A DNA stretch of 64,000 bases from an uncultured Oscillospiraceae bacterium (GTDB lineage: Bacteria > Bacillota > Clostridia > Oscillospirales > Acutalibacteraceae), in contig URCA01000015.1 in NCBI GenBank assembly GCA_900546265.1, positions 1,542 to 65,541 of the forward strand, given 5' to 3'. Of the stretch, positions 35,498-46,000 are shown in pieces; position 1 is the stretch's first letter; each line of letters begins with the position of its first letter. The position numbers and the translations under genes are program-made. The notes under the pieces were generated by a model that did not search any database, was not told where the DNA came from, and saw nothing but the letters and a program-made list of their open reading frames with translations.

Positions 35498-37264
35498 TCA
35501 GTCAAAGACCAAACGGCCGTCACTGCCGATCTCGGGTGCCTTGACGAGCTGCCCGTTTTTGAGGGCCGCGTTGTAAGCGGTTGTGATGGCATCCCCTTTG
35601 TATGTCGTGTTCATGGTCTTCACATAACTACTCCAGGCACTGTTGAACGGCTCACTATACTGCTTGAACGTGTCCCACCAGGTATCGGAGGTCTTGGTGA
35701 AATCCGGCTTGGCCGAGGCATAGCTGGTATTGCGTTCCATCAGCGTAAACTCTGTCTGCATTTTGTCGCAAAGGCCCTCAAAATATTCCGTATAGGTTTT
35801 CTCAGTTAACATATAGTAATCGGGATAGCGGTTATACGTTTTGGCCTTTTCCATCGCCTCAATAATTTTGCCGCTGTTGGTCTGCATTTCGTTGTAATAG
35901 TTGGAGGTGATATTGGTGAATAGGCGCAGCGCGCTGAATGTGTCTTTCCCGTCAATCGTCCAGTTCACAGGATGCTCCCCTTCCTGTGCGCCCATCAGGC
36001 TTTCCCGGACAGTTTTCTCGTTATTTTCGCTCTTTTTATAGTGGATCCCCTCTACTCCATAGGTCAATAAATCCACAGCCTCGTCGCTGAGCAGCCAATC
36101 CATCAGTTTCAATGCATCGCCGCGTTTTTTCTCCGACATATCCGCACTCAGGCAAACCGACGTCCAAAAGTTCGGATGACCTTGAATACCGTACTCCCCG
36201 TCAATCCCCTTGGGCGGCGCAAACATGGCAATCTTCTCCGCTGCTTCTTCATAAGACCAGTTTTTTTGGGTAACAAAATAGGAGAGCACCAGGTTGAGCA
36301 TGGCCTGATTTTCGATGATACCCACTTGTCCATTGCCGAAAGCCGCCAGCTTGTCTGAGGCATCATTGGTTGCCCAGCTGGGATCCATAAATCCGTTTGT
36401 CAGTAGATTGTTGACAAAATTAACAATGTACTTATTGCCGTCACTGGTGCCGCTGAATTCATATTTGCCGTCCTTATTGTTATCCTCCATGATGCGGTAT
36501 CCGCCGCCCGCGACATACAGCCAGTTGTCGGAATACATATCCACCGTTGAGGTATAGCCATAGGTATCGTCTTTCCCATTGCCGTCCGGGTCATACAACG
36601 TGAAGGCGCGGCAGAGACGGTAAAACTCCATCAGGTCCTGCGGCACGGTGAATTTGTATGTCTCATATATTGCGTCCGTCATAGAGCTCTCGTTACTGAT
36701 GACGCCATCTTTCACCAGGATTGACGCCAGCTTTTTATTCAGATTTTCGATCCAGTCCATACGAATAAACATGGTGTGTTCCTGCGTCCAGACCGTGGGA
36801 ATCATATACATTTTACCGTTCATGAAATCAATGTTCTTGCTTAAGAACGAATATTTCTGAAGCTGCCGGTAGATGTTTGGATATTCCTTTTCCGAAACGT
36901 AGTCCGATATCGGGAGCAGCGCCTCGGCCTTAATCATCTTATTGAACAGCACCGGGGTTTCCGCCGTCCGGGAGATGAACATATCAGGGAGATTACCTGT
37001 ATTAAAATACTGCTGCAGCTTGGTGTCCGCCTGACCGCCGCCTGCAATCAGGCAGGTAAAATCCACGCCGCAAAGCTCCATGTATTTCTTATATAAATCC
37101 GATTTTCTCTTAATAGCGGTGTTGACGCCGCTGAGATCTGAATAGAACAGCGTCAGCGCTCCATCCTCGCCGGCCTCTTTCGAGCTGTTGCAGCCAGTCA
37201 GCGCCGTAAGGCACATGCCCAGCGCCAGTATGATGGCGGCGCCTTTTCTGAATAATTTTTTCAT
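35498..37264 (-). CDS. ABC transporter solute-binding lipoprotein (large LplA-like sugar-binding protein)
   Basis: 588 aa. Lipobox LTALTGC-NSS. It is followed by two permease genes. Confidence 0.8.
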   Translation of the reverse strand: MKKLFRKGAAIILALGMCLTALTGCNSSKEAGEDGALTLFYSDLSGVNTAIKRKSDLYKKYMELCGVDFTCLIAGGGQADTKLQQYFNTGNLPDMFISRTAETPVLFNKMIKAEALLPISDYVSEKEYPNIYRQLQKYSFLSKNIDFMNGKMYMIPTVWTQEHTMFIRMDWIENLNKKLASILVKDGVISNESSMTDAIYETYKFTVPQDLMEFYRLCRAFTLYDPDGNGKDDTYGYTSTVDMYSDNWLYVAGGGYRIMEDNNKDGKYEFSGTSDGNKYIVNFVNNLLTNGFMDPSWATNDASDKLAAFGNGQVGIIENQAMLNLVLSYFVTQKNWSYEEAAEKIAMFAPPKGIDGEYGIQGHPNFWTSVCLSADMSEKKRGDALKLMDWLLSDEAVDLLTYGVEGIHYKKSENNEKTVRESLMGAQEGEHPVNWTIDGKDTFSALRLFTNITSNYYNEMQTNSGKIIEAMEKAKTYNRYPDYYMLTEKTYTEYFEGLCDKMQTEFTLMERNTSYASAKPDFTKTSDTWWDTFKQYSEPFNSAWSSYVKTMNTTYKGDAITTAYNAALKNGQLVKAPEIGSDGRLVFD

Positions 37265-37284
37265 GTCGTTGCTCCTCTCAATGT

Positions 37285-38163
37285 TCAGGATTTAACAGCG
37301 CCCAGCATAACGCCCTGTACAAAATATTTTTGAAGCGCAATAAAAACGATGGCAATCGGCAGCAGGGAAATCACAATGATAGCGCCGTTTCGGCCCTCAG
37401 CGAATACCTTAGTCATATCGATGATACCGGCCTCGAGATTATCTCCTGTGGCGCTCAGTGCCATTTTCACCTGATAGGCCAGCGGGTACATACGTTCATC
37501 GCTTAACAGCACCATCGGCCAGTACCAGTCGTTCCATTTTCCCACGATAGTAAACACGGAAATGGTTGCGAGTCCCGCCTTAGACAGCGGCAGCAGGAAC
37601 TGAAAAAGGCAACGGAAATCGTTGGCACCGTCAATACGGCAGGATTCCATTACGCTGCGGGGAACCTGAGCGAAGAAGTTGCGTAGCAAAATAATGTTGA
37701 ACGCGGATATGCCGAAGGGGAGGATAAGTCCCAGATAGCTGTCGGTCAGGTGAAGCGAACGGAGGGTCAGCACCGTGGGAATCAGACCGCCTCCGAAAAA
37801 CATCGTAATCAGCAATAGCGTAAAGAAGATTTTCTTGCCCGGCAGGTTTTCCTTGATCAGGGCGTATGCGCCGAAAGACAGCAGGAGCATGGAATACAGA
37901 GTACTGGTGATTGTCACGACAATGGAAATAAGAAAAGAACGCCCGATGCTATCCTGAAACAAAATGAGCTTATACATTTCCAAGTTGAAATGGTGGGGAA
38001 ACACCAGAAACCGGGCATTCAGAAAATCGTCCCGGGAGGAAACCGACAGCAAAACCTCGTACAGCAACGGAAATAAACACGCTGCCATGAATAAAAACAG
38101 GAACAGGTAAATCAGCACTCTCCACACGGTCATGGGAGTCTTGGACAATGCTTTCTTTCTCAT
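37285..38163 (-). CDS. Carbohydrate ABC transporter permease (LplC/MalG-like)
   Basis: EAA loop MESCRIDGANDFRCLFQFLLPL. ATGA-type overlap with the upstream gene. Confidence 0.9.
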   Translation of the reverse strand: MRKKALSKTPMTVWRVLIYLFLFLFMAACLFPLLYEVLLSVSSRDDFLNARFLVFPHHFNLEMYKLILFQDSIGRSFLISIVVTITSTLYSMLLLSFGAYALIKENLPGKKIFFTLLLITMFFGGGLIPTVLTLRSLHLTDSYLGLILPFGISAFNIILLRNFFAQVPRSVMESCRIDGANDFRCLFQFLLPLSKAGLATISVFTIVGKWNDWYWPMVLLSDERMYPLAYQVKMALSATGDNLEAGIIDMTKVFAEGRNGAIIVISLLPIAIVFIALQKYFVQGVMLGAVKS

Positions 38164-39092
38164 GATTCAGCCACCTCGTACATGCCGTAACCGTTGATCT
38201 TTTTCACGACGGCATTTGCCGACAACAGCAAGACAAAATTGATCACCGACTTGAACAGGCCGATGGCCGTGCCCCGTTCATAGTACCCGTTTTCAAAGCC
38301 GGTGCGCATCACCAGCGTATCAATGACATCCGCCACACTGTAAACCGTAGGATTATATATGTTGTAGATGGCATCAAAGTTGGCGTTGAGGATATTGCCA
38401 ACCTGCATGGTAAACATGATAATGATTATCGGCATAATACAAGGCAGGGTGACGTATCGGGCCATGCCCCACCGTTTGCAGCCATCTATGGATGCCGCCT
38501 CATAGAGGGTCGGGTCGATATTAGTAATCGCCGCCGTATAGATAATTGTACCCCAACCTGCATCCTTGATGATACTGGAAATGAGCAAAACCGGATAAAA
38601 CAGGTGTTCGCTGGTGAGGAATTCCACTCGTTGCATTCCCAGAGAGGCAAGAATGTTGTTAAACGTACCTGTGGAGAAATTTAGCAGCGAATTCAGGATG
38701 CCCGCCAAAATGACCCAAGAGATAAAATTCGGGAAATAGATACAGGTTTGGATAAGTCGTTTATACGGCTTGTGGCACACCTCATTGAGTAGCAAAGCCA
38801 GCAAAATGGGGGCCGGAAAGCAAAAAATGAGGCTCAGTGTGCTGATGACGATGGTGTTACGGAACGCACGGGCAAAATCCGGCAGTGCGAATATGTCCAA
38901 AAAATGCTGGAAGCCCACCCATTCGCTGCCGAAAATCCCCTGAGCCGGCTGGTATTCCTTGAACGCCAGCACCAGACCGTACATAGGGTAGTACGAAAAC
39001 AGAAGCAACACAACCAAAACCGGCAGCATCATAAGATACACCTGCTTGTTCTGCCAAACGGACACCTTGAGCCTTTTCCAATCGGTTTTCAT
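38160..39092 (-). CDS. Sugar ABC transporter permease (LplB/MalF-like)
   Basis: EAA loop YEAASIDGCKRWGMARYVTLPC. GGGGGAGAG RBS. Confidence 0.9.
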   Translation of the reverse strand: MKTDWKRLKVSVWQNKQVYLMMLPVLVVLLLFSYYPMYGLVLAFKEYQPAQGIFGSEWVGFQHFLDIFALPDFARAFRNTIVISTLSLIFCFPAPILLALLLNEVCHKPYKRLIQTCIYFPNFISWVILAGILNSLLNFSTGTFNNILASLGMQRVEFLTSEHLFYPVLLISSIIKDAGWGTIIYTAAITNIDPTLYEAASIDGCKRWGMARYVTLPCIMPIIIIMFTMQVGNILNANFDAIYNIYNPTVYSVADVIDTLVMRTGFENGYYERGTAIGLFKSVINFVLLLSANAVVKKINGYGMYEVAES

Positions 39093-39096
39093 GTGA

Positions 39097-40008
39097 TCAC
39101 TCTCCCCCTGCGTTTATATACTTGTTCTGTGCTTTCTCTGCGGCAAACGCCTCGCGGGGATCGGTCCTGGCATATGTATCCCGGAATGCCGACGCCGTCA
39201 TACCCGTGCTTTTTTTGAAATTTCGTGCGAACAGCTTGGTATCCTCAAACCCCGACAGCCTGGCGATATCCGCCACCCTCCGGTTTGTCTGCACCAGCAA
39301 ATCGCAGGCGTTTTTAATACGGATAAAGGTCAGATATTGCTTTGGAGACATTCCCATATCCCGCTTGAATACGCGGTTTAGATAGCTTAAGCTAAGGTTC
39401 AGATTTACACAAATGTCCTCGACGGTAAAATGCGGGTTCATATAGGAGCAACCCACTAGGATCACCGTTTGGTTAACGTAATGCCCTTTATTGAAATCGT
39501 TTTCCGTCTGAAATCCCGCTTTCAAGCGATCAAATAGCAGATAGAACCAGCCCAGTATTTCATAACTGGCCCTAGGCCTCTCCAGATAGGCCCGGTTCAT
39601 CCGCCCAAACAGATCCACGATTTCCGTATGATGACCCTTGCACCGCCCATACACACGTTCCCGGCTCAAGCCGATTTCCTCCAGCATTTCATAGGCTGAC
39701 TGTCCTGCGAGAACCACCCAGTAGTAGCAAAAAGGATCCTCCTTGTCCGCCTTATAACGGATGGCTTCTTTTGGGGGAATGATAAATAAATCCCCCTTGA
39801 CCAGTTCATAACTCTGCCCGCGGTAATACAGCCGGCCTTTCCCACTGACGATGTAGTGAAGCGAGACATAGGTCCGGTTCGGATCTGCCGGCACCTCTTC
39901 TTTTTTATACGGGGAGCACATTTCCCTCAGACACTCGAGGATTTCCGGACGCGAATAGTTGTAAAGAGACCATGTATAAAATTTTTCAATGCCGTTACTC
40001 TTTTCCAT
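39097..40008 (-). CDS. AraC-family transcriptional regulator (cupin sensor + dual HTH)
   Basis: 303 aa. The C-terminal HTH is ...SLSYLNRVFKRDMGMSPKQYLTFIRIKNACDLL...IARLSGFEDTKLFARNFKKSTGMTASAFR. Confidence 0.85.
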   Translation of the reverse strand: MEKSNGIEKFYTWSLYNYSRPEILECLREMCSPYKKEEVPADPNRTYVSLHYIVSGKGRLYYRGQSYELVKGDLFIIPPKEAIRYKADKEDPFCYYWVVLAGQSAYEMLEEIGLSRERVYGRCKGHHTEIVDLFGRMNRAYLERPRASYEILGWFYLLFDRLKAGFQTENDFNKGHYVNQTVILVGCSYMNPHFTVEDICVNLNLSLSYLNRVFKRDMGMSPKQYLTFIRIKNACDLLVQTNRRVADIARLSGFEDTKLFARNFKKSTGMTASAFRDTYARTDPREAFAAEKAQNKYINAGGE

Positions 40009-40029
40009 TCTTCACCCAGCCTATGCCCG

Positions 40030-43000
40030 TTATGGCCGACGGCGCTTCTCCAAGTAAGCCAGCGGCTGCTGCACACCGCTTGAATACGCGATCCCTGTAA
40101 CTGGAAATCCGGTATCGCTCGCCCCGTTGGCGAATATACCGAACGTTTTCACCGCGTCCGCGTTCCAAACCGTCGCTTCATCGAAATCCACATTGTGAAC
40201 CACCTCTTTATAAGAGGTGCTCCGGCTGATCGCTGTCCACGTGCCATTCACGCCCACATGCAGCGTATCGCCAAGACTGACCACCGACAACGCCAGTTCC
40301 TCCTGCCAAGGGATAGCCGTCACATAATCCCGATCGGAACGGTCATCCCAGCCCGTTCCCCGCGTCAGGCGTATCTTGACCGTGTCGTCATCGGCCCGGA
40401 GCAACAGGATTTTGACTGGGCTGGAAGCGCCTTCCGTATAATAGTAAATACCGCTGGTCGATTCGCCCTGATCCATACGCTTGACCTGAAGCGTCACATA
40501 AAAGTCTTTCAGCGCCACACCCGCGAACTGCTCATAATCGTTGTTTTGCAGAATATAGTTTCCGTTCGTCGGTGCATGGCCGCTGGCAAACTTCACCTCA
40601 ATGAACCGTGGCGTTTCCGAAACAGTCAGCTGGCCATCCTTTACCGTGGCTTTAAACTGCACCGATACAAAGCGCGCGCTTTCGAGTACCAGGGTGTGCG
40701 ATCCATCCGGGAGCCGCAAGCCGAACGTTCCGTCGGAAGCCACGGCACTTGTCTCGCCCTCGAGCCATCGCACCGTAACCGCGTCTCCGTCTGCATACAG
40801 ACCTTCCGCGCAGCCATAGCTTCCGCCCACCTCGGCAAACCGAGTATACACCAAGACTTCCATAGCCTCCGCAGCCGTAAACATATAAGTGTTCTCCGCC
40901 TTCGCTGGTATCCGGCGCCCCGCATAGGTGACGATAACCTCACTCCCGGGTTCCATGCCGGAGAGCGTCAGCGTTACCGAATCCGTACCCTTGAGCGCTT
41001 TGGGTTTATCCAGAACTCCTATCACCTTTTCATCGTCGCTGCGGACGGTCAGATTCACATAGCAGGCCTCCTGCGTACCGGCCGCATATCTCACATCCGC
41101 AATAGGGAAGCCCCTATCGCTGGCACCGTTGGCGAACAGTCCAAAGGTTTTCACCGCATCTGCGTTCCATACCGTCGCTTCATCGAAATCCGTATTGTGA
41201 ACCACCTGTGTATAGGAAGTATTCCGACCGATAGCTGTCCATTGCCCCTCGACTCCTACATACAGCGTATCTCCCAAGCTGAGAACCGACAGGGTCAGTT
41301 CCTCCTGCCAAGGGATAGCTGTCGTGTAATCCCGGTCGGAACGATCGTCCCAGCCCGTACCCCGCGTCAAACGTATCTTGACTGTTCCGTCATCGGCCCG
41401 AAGCAGAAGGATTTTGACCGGGCTGGACGCGCCTTCCGTATAGTAGTAAATGCCGCCGGTCGATTCGCCCTGATCCATGCGCTTGACACGGGTCGTGGCA
41501 AAGAAGTCTTTCAGTGCTATGCCTGCGAACGCCTCATAGTCCCCGTTTTGCAGAGTGACGGCACTGTTTGACGTCTCCTTGCCGTCGGTGAATTTCAGCT
41601 CCTTGAACAGACATCTCTCTGGCACCGTGACGACGCCGCTTTCCACGGTAACCGCCAAACGAACCGGTGCAAACCGTGCGCTGGTCAGTGCGAGGCTGTG
41701 GGTGCCATCGGGGAGCCGGATATGGAATTTTCCGTCCGCCGCCGTCCCGGTGATACCCGCCGTCTCCGAGCAGATCGTAACCACGTCACCGTCCGCATAC
41801 AGGCCCGGCGCGTAGCCGTAGGTACCTGTTACCGAATAGGTGCGCGCTATGGTCACGACCACCTCACCGGATTCCGCCGCCGTAAAGGTATAGCGATTCT
41901 CCGCGTCAGGCGTCAGAATCCGTCCTGCGAATGTGACGACGGCCGCGCAACTCTCGTCCATACCGGAGAGCGTCAGCATCACCGGCTCCGTCCCTTTCAG
42001 AACTCTGGTTTTATCTAATGTCCCCGTTACGCTTTCGTCATCGCAGCGGACCGTCAAATCGGCGTAGCACGCATTTTTGATTTCCTGCGTGCCGGCATTG
42101 TAGGCAATATCTGTAATCGGGAAGCCGATCTCGCTGGCGCCGTTGGCGAACACGCCAAAGATTTTCAGCGTATTCGCGTCCCACACCGTCTTTTCATCAA
42201 ATTCCACGTTGTGGACCACCTGCGTATATGGGGTATCACGGCTGATGGCCATCCAATTGCCATCGACACCCACATACAGCGTGTCGCCGATGCTGAGCAC
42301 CGACAGAGTCATCTCCTCCCGCCAGGGAATATTCGTTGCATAATCCCGGTCGGAACGGTCGTCCCAGCCTTTTCCTCTCGTCAAACGTACTTTCACGTTG
42401 CCGTCGTCAGCCCGGAGCGGCAGGATCTTCACCGGGCTTGCCGCCCTCTCGACATAGTAATAGACGCCTCCGGTCGATTCACCCTGATCCATGCGCCGAA
42501 CACGGGCTGTGACGAAAAAGTCCGTCAAGGCTACCCCGGCGAACGGCTCGTATTGATCGTTGAGCAGTGTGACGGCGCCGTTTTTCGTCTCCAGACCGCT
42601 GCCAAACATCAGCTCTTCGAACATTGACACCTCCGGCATATTGACAGCGCCGCCGTTCACGGCAACCTCAAGGTGAACCGGTGCAAACCGTGCGCTGGTC
42701 AGTACGAGGCTGTGGGTGCCATCGGGGAGCCGGATACGGAATTTCCCGTCCGCCGCTGTCCCGATGATACCCGCCGTCTCCGAACGAATGGTAACCGTGT
42801 CGCCGTGCGCATACAGGCCCTGGGCATATATATAGCGGCCCTCCACCGGATAGACACGCGTGATGCTCACTTCAACAACACCTGACTTCGCAGCTGTAAA
42901 GGTGTAGGTGTTGTCCCCGGTTGCGGTCAGCATATGTCCGCCGAATGAGACGGTAGCCGCGCGGGTGTCATCCAAACCGGAGAGCGTCAACGTCACAGGT

Positions 43001-46000
43001 TCAGTCCCTTTGAGTACGCTGGTTTTGTCCAGATGCACCGTCACGCCTTCATCCTCGCAGCGGACCGTCAAATCGGCCATGCACGCATCCCGAGTTCCCG
43101 GTTGATATGCGATCCCGGTAATAGGGAAACCGACCGCGCTGTCACCATTGGCGAACACGCCAAAGGATTTTTCCGCGCCCGCGTTCCAAACCGTCGCCTC
43201 ATCGAAATCCACATTGTGCACCACCACTTTGTGTGGGGTGTCCGGGCCGATAGCCGTCCATTGATCGTCGATGCCCACATACAGCGTGTTACCGACGCTA
43301 AGTACCGAGAGACAGGCTTCCTCCTGCCAGGGGATTGCGGTCGTATAGTCGCGATCCGACCGGTCGTCCCAGTCCAGTCCCCTGGTCAGGCGGATTTTAA
43401 ACATATTGTTGTCCGCTTTTAGCAGAAGCACTTTCACCGGGCTGTTCCCCCCGGCGTAGTAGTAAATACCGCTGGTCGCCTCGCCCTGATCCATGCGCTG
43501 CACACGGGCCGTGGCGAAGAAATCCTTCATGGACACTCCGGCAAACAGTTCATAGCTCTTGGGGGGCAGCGTGATAGCGCTGCCTTTTGTTGTATGACCA
43601 CTGACGAATTTCAAATCTTTAAACTGCTTTTGTTCCTCTATATGGACATTGTCGGCCTTAACAACAATCTCGAATCGCACCGGCGCGAACCGCTCACTAG
43701 TCAGCACTAGGCTGTGGGTACCGTCGGGCAGCCGGATGCGGAATTTCCCGTCGCCCGCCGTCCCGTACAAAGCTGCTGTTTCCGAATAAATACCGACCTG
43801 ATCGCCCGTCGTATACAGACCTGCATCATAACCGTAGCTGCCCTCTACCAAGTAGACGCGGGTAAAAGTTATTGTCACCGTACCGGAGCGGGCGGGGATA
43901 AAGGTATATTTACCGTTCTCATCAGGCGCTATCCGCCGTCCCTCGAAAGTTACCTCAGCCATATAGCGATCATCCACGCCGTTTAGGGTCAGGGTTACCG
44001 GCTCGGTACCTTTCAGCACGTTGGCTTTGTTCAAAACGACTTTTACATTTTTGTCGGCGCAATCCACCGTCAGCGTCGCATAACAGGCGTTCTTAACCTC
44101 CTGTGTGCCAGCCTTGTAGGCGATATCCGTTACCGGAAAGCCCTCGTCGCTCTCACCGTTCGCATACAAGCCGAAAGTTTTTTCCGCTTCTGCATTCCAC
44201 ACAGTCGCTGGATCAAATGCTACGTTTTTGACTACTTCTTTATAAGGGGTGTCCCGGTTGATGGCTGTCCATTTTTCATCAATACCCACATACAGCGTGT
44301 CGCCGTAACTAAGTACCGAAAGCTTAAAAACTTCTTTCCAGGGGATTGCGGTGGCATAATCCCGGTCGGATCGATCGTCCCAGCCTACGCCTCTCATCAG
44401 GCGGATCTTTGTGTTGCCGTCATCGGCCCGAAGCAGCAACACCTTGACGGGACTGGCCCCGCCGGCGTAGAAAAAATCGCCGCTGGTCGCTTCTCCCTGA
44501 TCCATGCGCCGCACGGTGGCCGTGACGAAGAAGTTTTTCAGCGAGACACCGGAAAACAGTTCATAATCGCCGTTTCGCAGTGTATAGTTTCCCCCGTTCG
44601 GCACTTTCCCCACCGCAAACTTCACTTGGGAGAATCGCTTCATATCCGGGATGTCCACCCGGCCGCCGCGCACGGTGACATCGAAACGTATCGATTCAAA
44701 GCGGGCGCTGGTCAAGACGAGGGTATGCCGTCCATCGGGCAGGCGTATACAAAATTTGCCATCGGCCGCCGTTCCATAAATTCCGGTGGTTTGGGAGCGC
44801 ACCATGACTGTATCGCCCTTTGCGTACAGGTCGTCCGCATAGCCGTAACCGCCGGTTACGGGATAGACACGGGTAAGGGACACTTTTACACTTCCCGATT
44901 CCGCGGGTGTAAAAGTATATGTATGATTTCCGCTGGCTGGAATCTGCCGTCCCGCATAGGTGACAGTCACCATATAGCGGTCGTCCGCGCCCTTAAGCGT
45001 CAGTACTACCGGTTCGGTGCCTTTGAGAACTTTCGTCTTATTTAAAACCGCCTGAACGTCTTTATTGGAGCAATCCACCTTGAGCGTCGCATAACAGGCG
45101 TTCCTGACCTCCTGTGTACCGGCCGTGTACGCAATCTCTGTAATCGGAAATCCTACGCCGCTTTCACCGTTGGCAAATACGCCGAAGGTTTTCTCCGCTC
45201 CCGCGTTCCAAACCGTCGCCTCGTCGAAATCCGCGTTTTTGACAACTGGCGTATAGGCTGTTTTCCGATCTATGGCCAGCCAATTGTCATCAATTCCCAC
45301 ATACAGGGTGTCGTCGAAGCTGAACACCGACAGCCGGTATACCTCTTTCCATGGTACAGCGGTCGTATAATCCCGATCGGACCGATCGTCCCAGCCTTTT
45401 CCCCTCGTCAGACGGATTTTTACCGTGTCGTTCTCCGCCTTGAGCAATAGAATTTTGACCGGACTGACCGAGCCTTGCGTATAGTAGTATATGCCACTGG
45501 TGGATTCACCCTTGTCCATACGCTCGACACGCATCGTGGCATAAAAATTCTTCAGCGATACGCCTGCAAACAACTCGTAATTGCCATTTTGCAGCCGATA
45601 GCGGCCATCAGCCGGTACATTGCCGCTCTCGAACTTAATTTGGGTAAATCGGTTGTTTCCGGTCACGCGCACATCCTTTTCCCGCACCGTCACATCAAAG
45701 CCTATTGCTTCAAAACGAGCGCTGGTCAGGATCACGCTGTGCGTTCCCGCGGGCAGGCGAATACGAAACTTCCCGTTCGCTGCCGTGCCGAACAATCCCG
45801 CGGTTTTCGACTGCACCGTAACCTCATCGCCATTTGCATACAGGCCGTCCGCATAGCCGTAATTCCCCTCCACAAGATATGCACGGGTGAAAGTTATCGT
45901 CACATCCCCGGATTCTGTTGCCTTGAACGTATAGGTATTCAGACCGCTGGCGGAAATCTGCCGTCCTGCATAGGTCACCGTGGGTACTAGACTTTCCTCG

